Source: Candidatus Acidiferrum sp. (lineage in GTDB: Bacteria > Acidobacteriota > Terriglobia > Acidiferrales > UBA7541). From it: 55,839 bases of DNA. Positions 8,839 to 18,915 of the stretch are shown here, piece by piece; the first letter of the stretch is position 1, and every line of letters begins with the position of its first letter. Both the position numbers and the translations under genes were made by a program. Location: contig DASXMM010000425.1 in the NCBI GenBank assembly GCA_036495665.1, forward strand, positions 1 to 55,839, read 5' to 3'. The notes beneath the pieces were generated by a model. The model did no database searches. It saw nothing but the letters and a program-made list of their open reading frames with translations, and was not told the origin of the DNA.

Positions 8839-10029
8839 ATGAGGATCCTGGTTTTCACATCTCTGTTTCCCAGCTCGACGCGACCTGATTTTGGAATTTT
8901 CATCCTGCAACGCATTTCGCATCTGGCCCAGCGGCCGGGAACTACCGTCAAGGTAGTCGCTCCTGTCCCGTACTTCCCATCCTGGATCAAATCTAGCCGG
9001 TGGGGAAAGTATGGCCTGCTTTCCAGCGAGGAAAATGTTGAAAATCTCCGTGTGTATCATCCCCGCTACCCCTTTCTTTCCGGGATCCTGATGCCCCTGC
9101 ATGGCTTTCTGATGTTCGTGGGTTCCTTCCTTCTCGTTCGCAGGCTGCATCGCCAATATCAGTTCGACTGTATTGATGCCCACTATGTGTATCCCGACGG
9201 CTTCGCGGCTGTTCTACTCGCGAAAATGCTCGGTTTGCCGATAGTCGTCTCTGCCCGCGGCACGGACATTAACGTCTTTCCATCGTTTCGCTCCGTCCAC
9301 CCATTAATCGTCTGGAGCCTCCGCAAAGCTGCGGGGATTATTGCCGTTTCAGGCTCCCTGAAAAACGCCATGATCAGCTTGGGTTTGCCGGCCGAAAAAA
9401 TCTGTGTAATCCCCAATGGTGTAGATATAAGGCGGTTCCATCCATTCCCTCAAGGAGAAGCGCGACGCACGCTTGGCCTTCCGGCCGACGGAAAAATAGC
9501 TGTATCCGTCGCGTCTTTGACGGAGGGTAAGAATCATCCCTTGCTTATTTCTGCCTTCGCCAAAATGCTCGGAAACTCCCGAGGCGCCAAGCTCTTCATT
9601 ATCGGCGACGGCCCAATGCGACCGGTTCTGCAGACCTTGGTCGCCGAACTGCATCTAGACAACAGTGTTGTACTCGCCGGTGCGAAACCAAATCAAGAAC
9701 TTGCGCTATGGTTTAGCGCAGCCGATGTCAGTTGCCTGGTGTCCTCACGTGAAGGCTGGCCCAACGTCTTAATGGAATCAATCGCTTGTGGAACACCCGT
9801 CGTCGCAACTCGGGCCGGAGGCGTGCCAGAAATCATTTACTCGACCGACCTGGGATTATTGGCTGAACAAGACATTGACAGCGTTGCGGCCGCTCTAGAA
9901 TCGGCGTTAGCCAAAACATGGGATCGCGAAGCATTGGCTCGGCACGCCCAATCTCGCGGATGGAGCGAAGTCGCCAAAGAGGTCGAGCAATATCTGAGTT
10001 CTTGCGTTCCGCATCGTAGTGAAGCGTGA
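8839..10029 (+). CDS. GT4 family glycosyltransferase (TuaC-like)
   Basis: MRILVFTSLFP, IDAHYVYPDG, ARGTDIN, VIPNGVD, SSREGWPNVLMESIACGTPVV (EX7E). Confidence 0.9.
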   Translation: MRILVFTSLFPSSTRPDFGIFILQRISHLAQRPGTTVKVVAPVPYFPSWIKSSRWGKYGLLSSEENVENLRVYHPRYPFLSGILMPLHGFLMFVGSFLLVRRLHRQYQFDCIDAHYVYPDGFAAVLLAKMLGLPIVVSARGTDINVFPSFRSVHPLIVWSLRKAAGIIAVSGSLKNAMISLGLPAEKICVIPNGVDIRRFHPFPQGEARRTLGLPADGKIAVSVASLTEGKNHPLLISAFAKMLGNSRGAKLFIIGDGPMRPVLQTLVAELHLDNSVVLAGAKPNQELALWFSAADVSCLVSSREGWPNVLMESIACGTPVVATRAGGVPEIIYSTDLGLLAEQDIDSVAAALESALAKTWDREALARHAQSRGWSEVAKEVEQYLSSCVPHRSEA

Positions 10030-10051
10030 GAACTCTTCTTGCATAACGACC

Positions 10052-11374
10052 TTATGACTTGGCTAACGCCCTTTCATAAACAGTGGAATAGATTGCCGTG
10101 GTTTTCGACCACGTGTGATTCTCTCGAACCCAATTGTTTCCTTGGGTTGCGAGTTTTGCGCGGAGGGCGGCGTCATCCAGCAGACGCTCAAGTGTTTCGG
10201 CCAGGGCGGACACGTCACCGGGTTTGAACAAAAGACCCGTTGATTCGTTCTGGATCAATTCCCGGTGGCCTCCGATGTCGCTGGCGACCAAAGGCTTGGT
10301 CATGGCCATGGCTTCAAGCGGCTTCAGGGGGGTCACTAGTTCGGTCAGCCGCATCGAGTAACGTGGATAGACAAGAATATCGATCAGCGAATAGATGCGT
10401 GGTACGTCCTCATGCGGGAATCTGCCAGGGATGATCACTCGATTCTGCAGCGACCTTTTTGCAACCTGCCCTCTTAGCTCTTTCTCCGTCTCGCCGCCGC
10501 CAACAAGCAACAGAACGAGGTCATCACGGTTCTCGCACAACTTCGCAAACGCATTCACAAGCAGGTCGAGTCCTTCGTATCGGTAAAAGGAGCCGACAAA
10601 ACCCAGAACCTTCTTGCCCACGATTCTCAACTGTTGGGCAAATTCAGGGTCGGGGGCCAAGGCAGAGAAGTCCTGTGGATTGATTCCATTATAGACGATG
10701 GAGAGCTTCTCCGGTGATATTCCTCTCTGGATCAGATCCTCCTTGATTCCATTGCAGAGGACCGCAATCTGGGCGGCTCTCCGGCAGGCCGAGGTTTCCA
10801 TCGACCGCACCATCTTGTATTTCCAGGAGTTTGCGGAATAGGTGCCGTGATCGACTGCGGCATCTTCCCAAAACGCGCGAATTTCGTAGACCACAGGAAT
10901 GCGTAATCTTCGCGCAGCCCAAAGAGAAGCGATCACGTTCAATACAGGCGAGTGAGCATGAAGCAAAGCAGGTTTCTCAATACTTGCCACCTTTTCAATT
11001 CGCTTGGCCAACGATCGTATGAGCTGGAATTCAGAAACAAGCGGGACCGATCCGGAAGGCAAACGCCCGGTGCGGTAGAAGCGAAACCCTCCGATCTCCT
11101 CGATTTGCTGCGATGGTCCCTTCCAACTTGCTTCGTGCTTTGAGGACGTCAACGCGACTGGCGCCCATCCTCTTCGCTTTTGGTCCTCCAAAATGCTCCA
11201 TGTTCGGAAAGTGTATCCGCTGTGAAGTGGCAGGCTGTGGTCCAGGATGTGAAGAATCTTCAGGTTTGCCAAATTCGCATCGCTGTCACTGCTGGCGGCG
11301 AACGCAGTGGCTTCTTCAGGTTGGTCTACGACCTTCGAGCCTGCAATGCCATGGGATGAGTGCGTAATGGTCAC
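10052..11374 (-). CDS. GT4 glycosyltransferase, PEP-CTERM/XrtA-system type (Daro_2409-like)
   Basis: ILHILDHSLPLHSGYTFRT, LHAHSPVLN, VYEIRAFWEDAAVDHGT, GSFYRYEGL, YPRYSMRLTELVTPLKPLEAMA. Confidence 0.9.
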   Translation of the reverse strand: MTITHSSHGIAGSKVVDQPEEATAFAASSDSDANLANLKILHILDHSLPLHSGYTFRTWSILEDQKRRGWAPVALTSSKHEASWKGPSQQIEEIGGFRFYRTGRLPSGSVPLVSEFQLIRSLAKRIEKVASIEKPALLHAHSPVLNVIASLWAARRLRIPVVYEIRAFWEDAAVDHGTYSANSWKYKMVRSMETSACRRAAQIAVLCNGIKEDLIQRGISPEKLSIVYNGINPQDFSALAPDPEFAQQLRIVGKKVLGFVGSFYRYEGLDLLVNAFAKLCENRDDLVLLLVGGGETEKELRGQVAKRSLQNRVIIPGRFPHEDVPRIYSLIDILVYPRYSMRLTELVTPLKPLEAMAMTKPLVASDIGGHRELIQNESTGLLFKPGDVSALAETLERLLDDAALRAKLATQGNNWVRENHTWSKTTAIYSTVYERALAKS

Positions 11375-11383
11375 GTAGATTTG

Positions 11384-12544
11384 CTATTTCTTTTCGGTAG
11401 CGGCGGCGCTTTGCGCCTGTGGCTGGGGAGTTCCAATCGCAATCTTCACCGAACCATCGATTCCGTCCGTATACACAACGTAGATGGTTCCACGGCGATC
11501 GATCGCGATGTCTTCATAACGGTGCGCATGGGTGCCCGCCGGCGAAATCACCTGAATTGTCCAATTATTTCCATCCCAATAAGCGTGTTTCACGGCGCCG
11601 CCGTCCTCGTACACCAGGTGAGGATTGCCTTCCAGATCCAGCGCCTGGCGACTGCGGTATCCAGACCAACTGCCGGTCAAGGTAACATGATCGACGGTAT
11701 CCAACTTAAAGGTGTCATTTTTCTCCCAGGCGTACTTCACCGCTTCTCCATTTACATAGCTGATCTGTGCTTTGCCGTCGCGGTTTAGGAGGATCGAATT
11801 TCCCATGCCTCCCGACGCGCTATTCGGGCTTATGTCCGGAGAATCGACAACCGTTCGGTGCCAGTCTTTGCCATCCCAATATGCGTATTTGATTTCACCT
11901 TTCAGGAATGAATCATAAGTGATATGCGGATTTCCCTTTTCGTCGAGTACCAAGCAATTCCATTTACCCGTCTGCCCCTCGAAATCCACGGTACGAGCCA
12001 GCCAGGCATCTTTTTTGAGGACCGCGTATTTGAGATGGAGAAAATAGCCGCCCAGTGGCCCTCCGTATTGATACCAACTGACGTGGGGCGTCCCATCGGC
12101 AGCAATGGCCAATGAGCAAGTGTATTCGATCAAGCCGGACTGCGGGTCTATCTGCTGAATATTCCACTCGCGTTTTTCGAAAGATGCGTATTTCAAAACA
12201 CCGGGCGTAAAACAGATATGCGGGTTCCCTGAGGAATCCAACGCCACTCTGGTAGCGACCTCGGCGTATCCACTTCCCGGCGCCAGCTCCATCGTGAACC
12301 ACTTGGAAGAATTCGCGGGACGAAAGGCGTACTTGACACCGGCGGAAAAGTAGCTGATGTGCACATTCAGGTCGTTATCTACGGCGATGGAATTTTGAAC
12401 TCCGTTCGTGCCTACTAGCTCGGTCGTCCACTTCCAAGTCTGTGTCTGCGCGAAACTGGAATCCGGAAAAAAAGGCAAACACAGAACAAAAAGAAAAATC
12501 ATTTTCCCGTCGAAGCGGAACTTTCCTGTTCTGATAGCCGTCAT
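11384..12544 (-). CDS. Secreted repeat (beta-propeller-like) protein
   Basis: Signal peptide ending SFA|Q. About seven repeats of (I/V)D...G...S(L/I)A(L/I)D..G.PHI.Y.....LKYA....W. Confidence 0.75.
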   Translation of the reverse strand: MTAIRTGKFRFDGKMIFLFVLCLPFFPDSSFAQTQTWKWTTELVGTNGVQNSIAVDNDLNVHISYFSAGVKYAFRPANSSKWFTMELAPGSGYAEVATRVALDSSGNPHICFTPGVLKYASFEKREWNIQQIDPQSGLIEYTCSLAIAADGTPHVSWYQYGGPLGGYFLHLKYAVLKKDAWLARTVDFEGQTGKWNCLVLDEKGNPHITYDSFLKGEIKYAYWDGKDWHRTVVDSPDISPNSASGGMGNSILLNRDGKAQISYVNGEAVKYAWEKNDTFKLDTVDHVTLTGSWSGYRSRQALDLEGNPHLVYEDGGAVKHAYWDGNNWTIQVISPAGTHAHRYEDIAIDRRGTIYVVYTDGIDGSVKIAIGTPQPQAQSAAATEKK

Positions 12545-12618
12545 CTCGCTGCTCCATCTTTCTACTTCGAAGATCAACTACAACAGAAGCGCTCAGGGAC
12601 GCGGACATACGCCGCGGT

Positions 12619-13938
12619 TCACCCGGCAGGAGCCTCGACTAAATCCGCTTCGACGGGCGCTTCCGCTTGCGCCGTCGCCAAACTGGACAGCTCCTGCTTA
12701 TAAAGGATTTTCAAGAGCGCGGCGGAGGCCACCAACTGAAACCAGAGATCAAAATAAGCTCGAGGCAAAAACGCGCCGCTCACGACATAGCCCAAAAGAC
12801 AGATTTGGAGCATGTTCGAGTAGTTGTCGATCCAAGGGAAGGCAGGCTGACCACGGACACGCCGGCGCATGCTCCACAACCCAAAGAAAGTACCTCCCAG
12901 AACGAACAAAAAGATCCCAAGGCCCACGTATCCCTGTTCACCCAGGGTTTGAAAATAAATGCTGTGAGGTCCCGCGAAGGAGTACTGAGGCGTGAAGCGC
13001 GCCTCCAACTGCGGCGTGAAAGTTTCAAATCCTCCGCCCATGATCGGATATTGCGATGCAAAGACCAAAGCAAATTCCCAGGCGTGCAGGCGGCCTTCCG
13101 CTGATTCATCCAACTCGCCATGCGCAAAATTGCCCATGCGATCCATCCACGCCGCTGGTGCAAACGTCAAGATAAGCACTGCGAAAACCGCTAGAAGCCC
13201 AGCGGCTAGCATCTTGCGCTTGGACTTGAGGGCAATGGCACTCAAAACGACGGTCAGACCAAGCAAAGCGCCCCGCGAATAACTTAAAATAACAGTAAGA
13301 ATGCTGCTGTAAAAACATACCCAGAGCAATTTGCGCAAGCGAGGTGACTCTACCTCGCGAGTCAGGTAGTACATCACGGGTATGGTCATATTCAGCGCAA
13401 GCCCTAAGTCATTGTTGTCGTAGACAAAGGAGTCCGGTGGACCCCAAATCCGAAAATTGCCACCCGTCTCGAAGCCGAACAGTGTTCCTTTGATTGCCAG
13501 GGCGCCAAAACTGAAAGCAGTGACCAGCAAGAGGATTTCTAGCCGTTTCTTCGATGTGACCACCAGGATTAGGACAAACGTCATTATTAGAACTTTGCTC
13601 ACTTCAATTAATTTAAGCTGCGCATCATCTATGTGATCGGCAAAAATCGGGACCTGCGTTGCGTTGATGTAAGTGATGATGATCCAAGCCCAGAAAATCA
13701 TGAGCATCACGGTCTCTCGCACGAAAACTCCGCGATTCACTTTGCGAAAGAACAAGAGTCCGAGAAGCGTGGGGATGGCAATGACCGTGGAGACCGGAAA
13801 ATCGTAGGCAAAACCATAAGTGAAGCGATGCGGATTGAAATACGCGACCCAAACCCACATCATCGCTCCAAAAAAAGGCCTGATGAAGCAGATCGGAATC
13901 GAACCGACGATGATCGCCAGCACTAGTACGTCACGCAT
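12619..13938 (-). CDS. O-antigen ligase-like / O-glycosylation ligase, exosortase A-associated type
   Basis: MRD start, W..YFNPHR..YGFA, multiple TMs, GP..SF..DNND, SYSRGALLG, D.SA.GRL.AW, GGGF, HSIYFQ.LGE.GYVG. Confidence 0.85.
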   Translation of the reverse strand: MRDVLVLAIIVGSIPICFIRPFFGAMMWVWVAYFNPHRFTYGFAYDFPVSTVIAIPTLLGLLFFRKVNRGVFVRETVMLMIFWAWIIITYINATQVPIFADHIDDAQLKLIEVSKVLIMTFVLILVVTSKKRLEILLLVTAFSFGALAIKGTLFGFETGGNFRIWGPPDSFVYDNNDLGLALNMTIPVMYYLTREVESPRLRKLLWVCFYSSILTVILSYSRGALLGLTVVLSAIALKSKRKMLAAGLLAVFAVLILTFAPAAWMDRMGNFAHGELDESAEGRLHAWEFALVFASQYPIMGGGFETFTPQLEARFTPQYSFAGPHSIYFQTLGEQGYVGLGIFLFVLGGTFFGLWSMRRRVRGQPAFPWIDNYSNMLQICLLGYVVSGAFLPRAYFDLWFQLVASAALLKILYKQELSSLATAQAEAPVEADLVEAPAG

Positions 13939-15145
13939 TGGTTGCTCTAGCCTGCTTTTGTCCAGATTCGGCGACGCTTTCACCCAAGACGGGCCGTAGT
14001 TCAGCGTCGCTGGATCTTGGATTTTCACTGTTCGGTGAAAGGAACAGTTGATTCAACTTGAAAGCAAACATGGAGATAGACCGCTCGTTTCCCACCTGCG
14101 AGCGGCGCAACTCGAAGGCATTATCTCCTGGCTCGTTAGTTCCCTCGACCGTTGTGGAGGCCGAACGATAGCCATTTCCCTTTAGAACCGGCAGCGCAGC
14201 TGTTCCGCAGTCCGCAGGCTTGCCGAAGGGGTAAGCAAAGTGCACTGCTAGGCCGCCAATGCGCTGCTCCAACATTTGTTTGGATTCACCCAACTCGATT
14301 TCCAACTGGGATTTCGTCAGTTGGCTGACGGCGGGATGGGTCATGGTATGCGAACCAAAGGTTATCCCATCGCGACCCATGCTGCGGATTTGATCCCAAC
14401 TTAGCATCCGATCCTTAAGCTCGTCTTCAGGCAAGGTCACTTGTTCTTCGAGAGACGAGCAGTACTCTTTGCGGCGCGCATCGGGAAGAGTCCGAAGATA
14501 CTGGATGATATCCGCAGCTGCGTGCAACCGCACATTATAGGAATCGAGCCGGAAACTCCGAGGGCGATCCAGAACGATCTTTATTTCGTCTTTCGGAAAT
14601 ACTTTGAGCGCCAGGAAAATCCGGTCATACCACGGAACTTGGCCTGTTTCAATGGAGACCACCGGCAAGTATATCGTTGCCGGTATCTGATACTTTCGCA
14701 GAATTGGCAGCGCATAGGTGTGCAAGTCGCGGTAGCCGTCGTCGAAGGTAACCGCGACGGCGTCCTCTTTGTGAGACGGTCTGTCCATCTCTTCACAAAG
14801 CTGATCCAGGGACAGGACCCTATATCTCTGGCGGACATACCGCATCTGGGCTTCAAAGACGTCGGGGGGCAGCTCGCTGAACAGTGGGATTCCATCGGTT
14901 CCGATTCGGTGGTAGCACAAGACCAGGAACTTTGGATGCGCGGCCCTGCGGACGAGCACTCGTCCCCCGCGTTTGTTTCGCTTCAGTTCAAAGCGTCGAG
15001 CGACTGCCTCGATGATGCGAAGTGCTCCCGTGTGATAGAGGCCACTGGCAATCGCATTCCGCCTGGCGGGACGAGCGCGGGCTTCGCTCTTGCCAGCGTC
15101 TCCCTGGGGAATGGGACGGTCCGTTTTCTGGGCTCTAGCCAGCAA
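13931..15145 (-). CDS. Polysaccharide deacetylase (NodB/CE4)
   Basis: VLCYHRI, AVTFDDGYRD, PATIYL, MLSWDQI, FGSHTMTHP, FAYPFG. Confidence 0.88.
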   Translation of the reverse strand: MLARAQKTDRPIPQGDAGKSEARARPARRNAIASGLYHTGALRIIEAVARRFELKRNKRGGRVLVRRAAHPKFLVLCYHRIGTDGIPLFSELPPDVFEAQMRYVRQRYRVLSLDQLCEEMDRPSHKEDAVAVTFDDGYRDLHTYALPILRKYQIPATIYLPVVSIETGQVPWYDRIFLALKVFPKDEIKIVLDRPRSFRLDSYNVRLHAAADIIQYLRTLPDARRKEYCSSLEEQVTLPEDELKDRMLSWDQIRSMGRDGITFGSHTMTHPAVSQLTKSQLEIELGESKQMLEQRIGGLAVHFAYPFGKPADCGTAALPVLKGNGYRSASTTVEGTNEPGDNAFELRRSQVGNERSISMFAFKLNQLFLSPNSENPRSSDAELRPVLGESVAESGQKQARATNA

Positions 15146-17024
15146 TCGAAACCTCGCGCACTGGTTTCAGGTGCTCACGGTGCCATAGTTCGAGCGCCAC
15201 CAAATACCAGATAATCTCCCCATAAAAACCGGCGTTTTCCTGTTGATGCAAGCCGATCAGCTTCTGCAGGAATTCCCGGCGAAAATAGCCGCGCTGCTGC
15301 GTTCGAGGATCGCCGAGCACATCCTGGACCAGAGATTTAAGATTGCTGTCGTGTAAGAACCATTCTCCTAAAGGAACTCCAAAGCCGTGCTTCTTCTTGT
15401 AGAGTACCTGGTCCGGAAGAATCCCCTTCATTGCCTGCTTAAAAATGTACCGCTTCTCCATCCCTTTAAGCTTCAGGTTCGTCGGAATCCGGCCGGAGAA
15501 CTCGGCGAGACGCGTATCCAGAAGCGGATAACGGACGCGGACTCCGGCCAATTCAGCCGTTCCGTTTACCTTCCGCAAATCGTTGTCCGCCAGCGTCATC
15601 TTTACATCCATATAGAGAAGGCGGTTCAGTTCACTCGAGGCGTGCGCGGAGCGGAAGTGCTCCTCGGCAATGGCCAGAAAGCCGTTCTCTGAAGCCTGAC
15701 TCACAAAATCGGGCTCAAACACCTCTCGCGCTTCCATGTTTAGAAAGAAATTGTAGGACATGATTCGCCGGGGATTAGGAATCTGCGCGCGCCGGATGTA
15801 GCGCCTCGGCAGGCTAAGCTTTCCATCGGCCGCCGGTAATAAGCGCGCTACGGGTTCGATCAGGCCCCGCCGCAGCCATGAAGGAACCGACTGATAAAGC
15901 GCGAATTTCTTGTCATCGGCGTACCGAGCGTTTCCGCCGAACAACTCGTCTCCTCCATCGCCGGCAAACAGCGTATCCATCCCGCTCTCACGAGCGACAA
16001 GCGCGCAATGATACGAAGCAATCGCGGAGGAGTTGGCAAACGGTTCATCGTAATAGCCAATCAGCTTGGGGATGGCGGTAACGGCATCTTCGGGAGACAA
16101 GCAACGTTCGTAATGGCTGGTTTGGAATTTTTTCGCGACAGTGCGCGCAAATTCAATTTCGTTGTAACCCTCCAGTGGGAATGAAATCGAGAATGTTTTG
16201 GCCGGGGTCAGTCGCTCGGACATGAAAGCCGCCACACTGCTGCTGTCTGTTCCTCCGCTCAAGTAAGACCCAGTTTTTTGGGGATCGCAACCCTCAAGGT
16301 GGCGATGAACCGCTCCGCGCATTTCTTCTTGCAACTCCCGCGCCCAATAGCCCTCGTCACGGCTCTGATCTTCCGCATAGGCGAGATCCCAGTAGCGCTT
16401 TGTTTTCACTTCACCATTCAGGAAGGTCAGGAGGAATCCAGGGCTAAGCCTTTCAACGCCTTTAAAGATTGAAAGCGGAGCGGGAACAACACTGAATAGC
16501 AGAAATTGAGTAATCGCCTCGGGGTTGATTTCGGCCGCTGACTCCTGGCCAACTCGGACAGCGCCAACGCGTGACGCGAACACAAAGCGTTCCCGCTCGC
16601 TTCTCCAGTAAAGAGTCTTGAATCCAAAACGATCGACGGCCAGCAAGAGTTGCCGCAGGCTTTCGTCCCAGATGGCGATCGCAAACGCACCCTGAAGCCG
16701 CTCCACAAAGCTCGGCCCTAGGATGCGGTATAAGCTTGCGATAGTCTCCGCGAGAGGCAACTGGCCGGCGGCCAAGCCCTGTGTCTTAAGAAAAGTTGAG
16801 AGCTCATCGAGGTTATGGAGGTCCGCGTCCAGTGCGATTCGCACTCCTCGAAACTTGCCCGCTTGTTGGTAGGGCCAGCGCCGGCTAACTCCCAGCGCGG
16901 CGGAATTCCCTGTAAGTCCCTCAGAACCTGATTCTTCGGGCAACGAACAGGCAGCCAGCATCTCATCCAATCGCGCTCGCGAAACTTCGATTCCCGGCTC
17001 GCAAATGCCGCAGATTCCGCTCAC
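15135..17024 (-). CDS. Asparagine synthase-like amide ligase with a degenerate glutaminase N-terminus
   Basis: GTG start overlapping the upstream stop (GTGA) gives MSGICG, with no N-terminal Cys. Synthetase motifs YLSGGTDSS, YDEPFANSS, GDGGDELFGG, RYPLLD, KKHGFGVP. Confidence 0.85.
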   Translation of the reverse strand: MSGICGICEPGIEVSRARLDEMLAACSLPEESGSEGLTGNSAALGVSRRWPYQQAGKFRGVRIALDADLHNLDELSTFLKTQGLAAGQLPLAETIASLYRILGPSFVERLQGAFAIAIWDESLRQLLLAVDRFGFKTLYWRSERERFVFASRVGAVRVGQESAAEINPEAITQFLLFSVVPAPLSIFKGVERLSPGFLLTFLNGEVKTKRYWDLAYAEDQSRDEGYWARELQEEMRGAVHRHLEGCDPQKTGSYLSGGTDSSSVAAFMSERLTPAKTFSISFPLEGYNEIEFARTVAKKFQTSHYERCLSPEDAVTAIPKLIGYYDEPFANSSAIASYHCALVARESGMDTLFAGDGGDELFGGNARYADDKKFALYQSVPSWLRRGLIEPVARLLPAADGKLSLPRRYIRRAQIPNPRRIMSYNFFLNMEAREVFEPDFVSQASENGFLAIAEEHFRSAHASSELNRLLYMDVKMTLADNDLRKVNGTAELAGVRVRYPLLDTRLAEFSGRIPTNLKLKGMEKRYIFKQAMKGILPDQVLYKKKHGFGVPLGEWFLHDSNLKSLVQDVLGDPRTQQRGYFRREFLQKLIGLHQQENAGFYGEIIWYLVALELWHREHLKPVREVSIAG

Positions 17025-18910
17025 TGGACCGCTCCCGATGCAAAGCCTTTTTGCCACTTGCGGAACATTAACGCAGCCCAGAGATAGGCCGAACGATCGA
17101 ATGTCCCTCGCTGATGCTCATTCCAAATCCTTTCCAGATACTGCGGAGCCAGGATCCCGTCCTTGACGCCAAAGATCGCCTCGTGGGCCATTTCCTTCAA
17201 TTCGTTCCGGAACCAATGCGCCAAGGGGACTGCGAATCCCTGCTTACTGCGGTACAGAATGTCGTTGGAGAGGGTTGGCTCCATCGCTTTCTTGAAGATG
17301 TATTTCCCTTCCCGGCCGCGCAGTTTCATGGAGGATGGGATTCGCGCCACCATTTCCATCAATTTGTGATCGAGCAGAGGAGCCCGCACTTCCAATGACA
17401 CCGCCATGCTCGCGCGATCAACTTTCGCCAAGATGTCATCCGGCAGGTAGGTCTTAATGTCAACGTACTGTATGCGCGAAAGAGGATCCTCGGTGTCGGC
17501 GCGATCGTAATAATGTTTGAGGACTTCAATAGAATCGTAGCCCGCCAGCTGATTCTGGAAATCTTTCTGGAAGAGTTTCGACTTTTCGTCCGGACGAAAA
17601 ATGGATATCGAATTGAAGTAGCCTTCGAGCGGATTGCGCGAAAGGCTCTGAAATGTGGCTTTGGCGCGGAATACTCGCGGCGCCCAGGCTAGACCAGGAT
17701 ACCAGCGGCCCAACGGTCCAAAAACGCCGGATCGAATCCCGGCGGGTACGCGCGCCCGAATTCGGTTTTCCATCGCGTCGAAGAGATAGCGGCGGTAACC
17801 CGCAAAACTTTCATCGCCACCGTCTCCGCCAAGCGCAACCGTCACAAATTGGCGGGCTATGCCGGACACATAGTAGGTAGGAATAGCCGAAGAGTCCGCA
17901 AAAGGCTCGTCATAATGCCACGCCAGTTTATCTACAATTCCCAGCGCGTCCGGCTGGACGACCTGTTCATGATGCTCGGTATGGAACTGCTCGGCGACTT
18001 GACGGGCATATTTGGACTCGTCAAATTGCGGCACATCAAAACCGATCGAGCAGGTAGTTACCGGCTGATTCATCGAATGCGCCATCATAGCGACTACCGA
18101 TGACGAATCCAGCCCGCCGCTCAGAAACGCGCCTAGCGGCACGTCGCTCATCAAGCGCACGCGGGTTGCTTCACAAAGCTCGTGACGTATGCGTTCGCAC
18201 CAGTCTGCTTCGCTCAAGTCGTCGGTTTCTCTAAAGGACAAATCCCAGTACGATTTCTCCCGAAGTGACCCGTCACTTATCACCGTGACGTAGTGCCCGG
18301 GGAGGACTTTCCGAACGTCGCGGTAAATGGTCTTAGGCGCCGGTATATATCCGAACGAAAAGTAATCGGAAAGGGCCTGGGGATCCATTTCCCGCGAAAG
18401 GCCATCGGTCGCCAACAGGACTTTCAACTCCGACCCGAATACAACGCGCTTTTTATCCGCGGAATAAAATAGTGGTTTTTTGCCGACGCGATCGCGCGCC
18501 ATCAATAGTTTCCGCTGCTTCGAATCCCAGATGATGATGGCAAACATCCCGCGCAGCCGCGCAAAGCAACCCTCTCCGTACTCTTCGTAGAGGTGAACGA
18601 TGGTCTCGGTGTCCGAGCGAGTTGCCAGCGTGTGCCCCTTAGCCAGCATCTCTTTCCGCACTTCCGGATAGTTGTAAATTTCTCCGTTGAGCATCACCCA
18701 GATGGTGCCGTCTTCATTGGAAATGGGTTGGTGACCGCCCGCAAGGTCGATAATACTAAGACGTCGGAATCCAAGACCGATCCCCGGACCCACAAAAATT
18801 CCTTCATCGTCCGGCCCACGGTGAACGATGGTTTCGTTCATGCGGTGCACGAGCTCTTTCGAGATTTCCGGCGACCGCTGGTATTCAAAGATTCCGGTAA
18901 GCCCGCACAT
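17021..18910 (-). CDS. asnB: Asparagine synthase (glutamine-hydrolysing)-family amidotransferase, EPS-associated
   Basis: MCGLTG (catalytic Cys1), HRGPD, RRLSIIDL, NGEIYNY, SDTE, RDRVGKKPL, FLSGGLDSS, GDGGDE.FAGY, KVDRASMA.SLEVRAP. Confidence 0.92.
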   Translation of the reverse strand: MCGLTGIFEYQRSPEISKELVHRMNETIVHRGPDDEGIFVGPGIGLGFRRLSIIDLAGGHQPISNEDGTIWVMLNGEIYNYPEVRKEMLAKGHTLATRSDTETIVHLYEEYGEGCFARLRGMFAIIIWDSKQRKLLMARDRVGKKPLFYSADKKRVVFGSELKVLLATDGLSREMDPQALSDYFSFGYIPAPKTIYRDVRKVLPGHYVTVISDGSLREKSYWDLSFRETDDLSEADWCERIRHELCEATRVRLMSDVPLGAFLSGGLDSSSVVAMMAHSMNQPVTTCSIGFDVPQFDESKYARQVAEQFHTEHHEQVVQPDALGIVDKLAWHYDEPFADSSAIPTYYVSGIARQFVTVALGGDGGDESFAGYRRYLFDAMENRIRARVPAGIRSGVFGPLGRWYPGLAWAPRVFRAKATFQSLSRNPLEGYFNSISIFRPDEKSKLFQKDFQNQLAGYDSIEVLKHYYDRADTEDPLSRIQYVDIKTYLPDDILAKVDRASMAVSLEVRAPLLDHKLMEMVARIPSSMKLRGREGKYIFKKAMEPTLSNDILYRSKQGFAVPLAHWFRNELKEMAHEAIFGVKDGILAPQYLERIWNEHQRGTFDRSAYLWAALMFRKWQKGFASGAVQ

Positions 18911-18915
18911 GGAAA

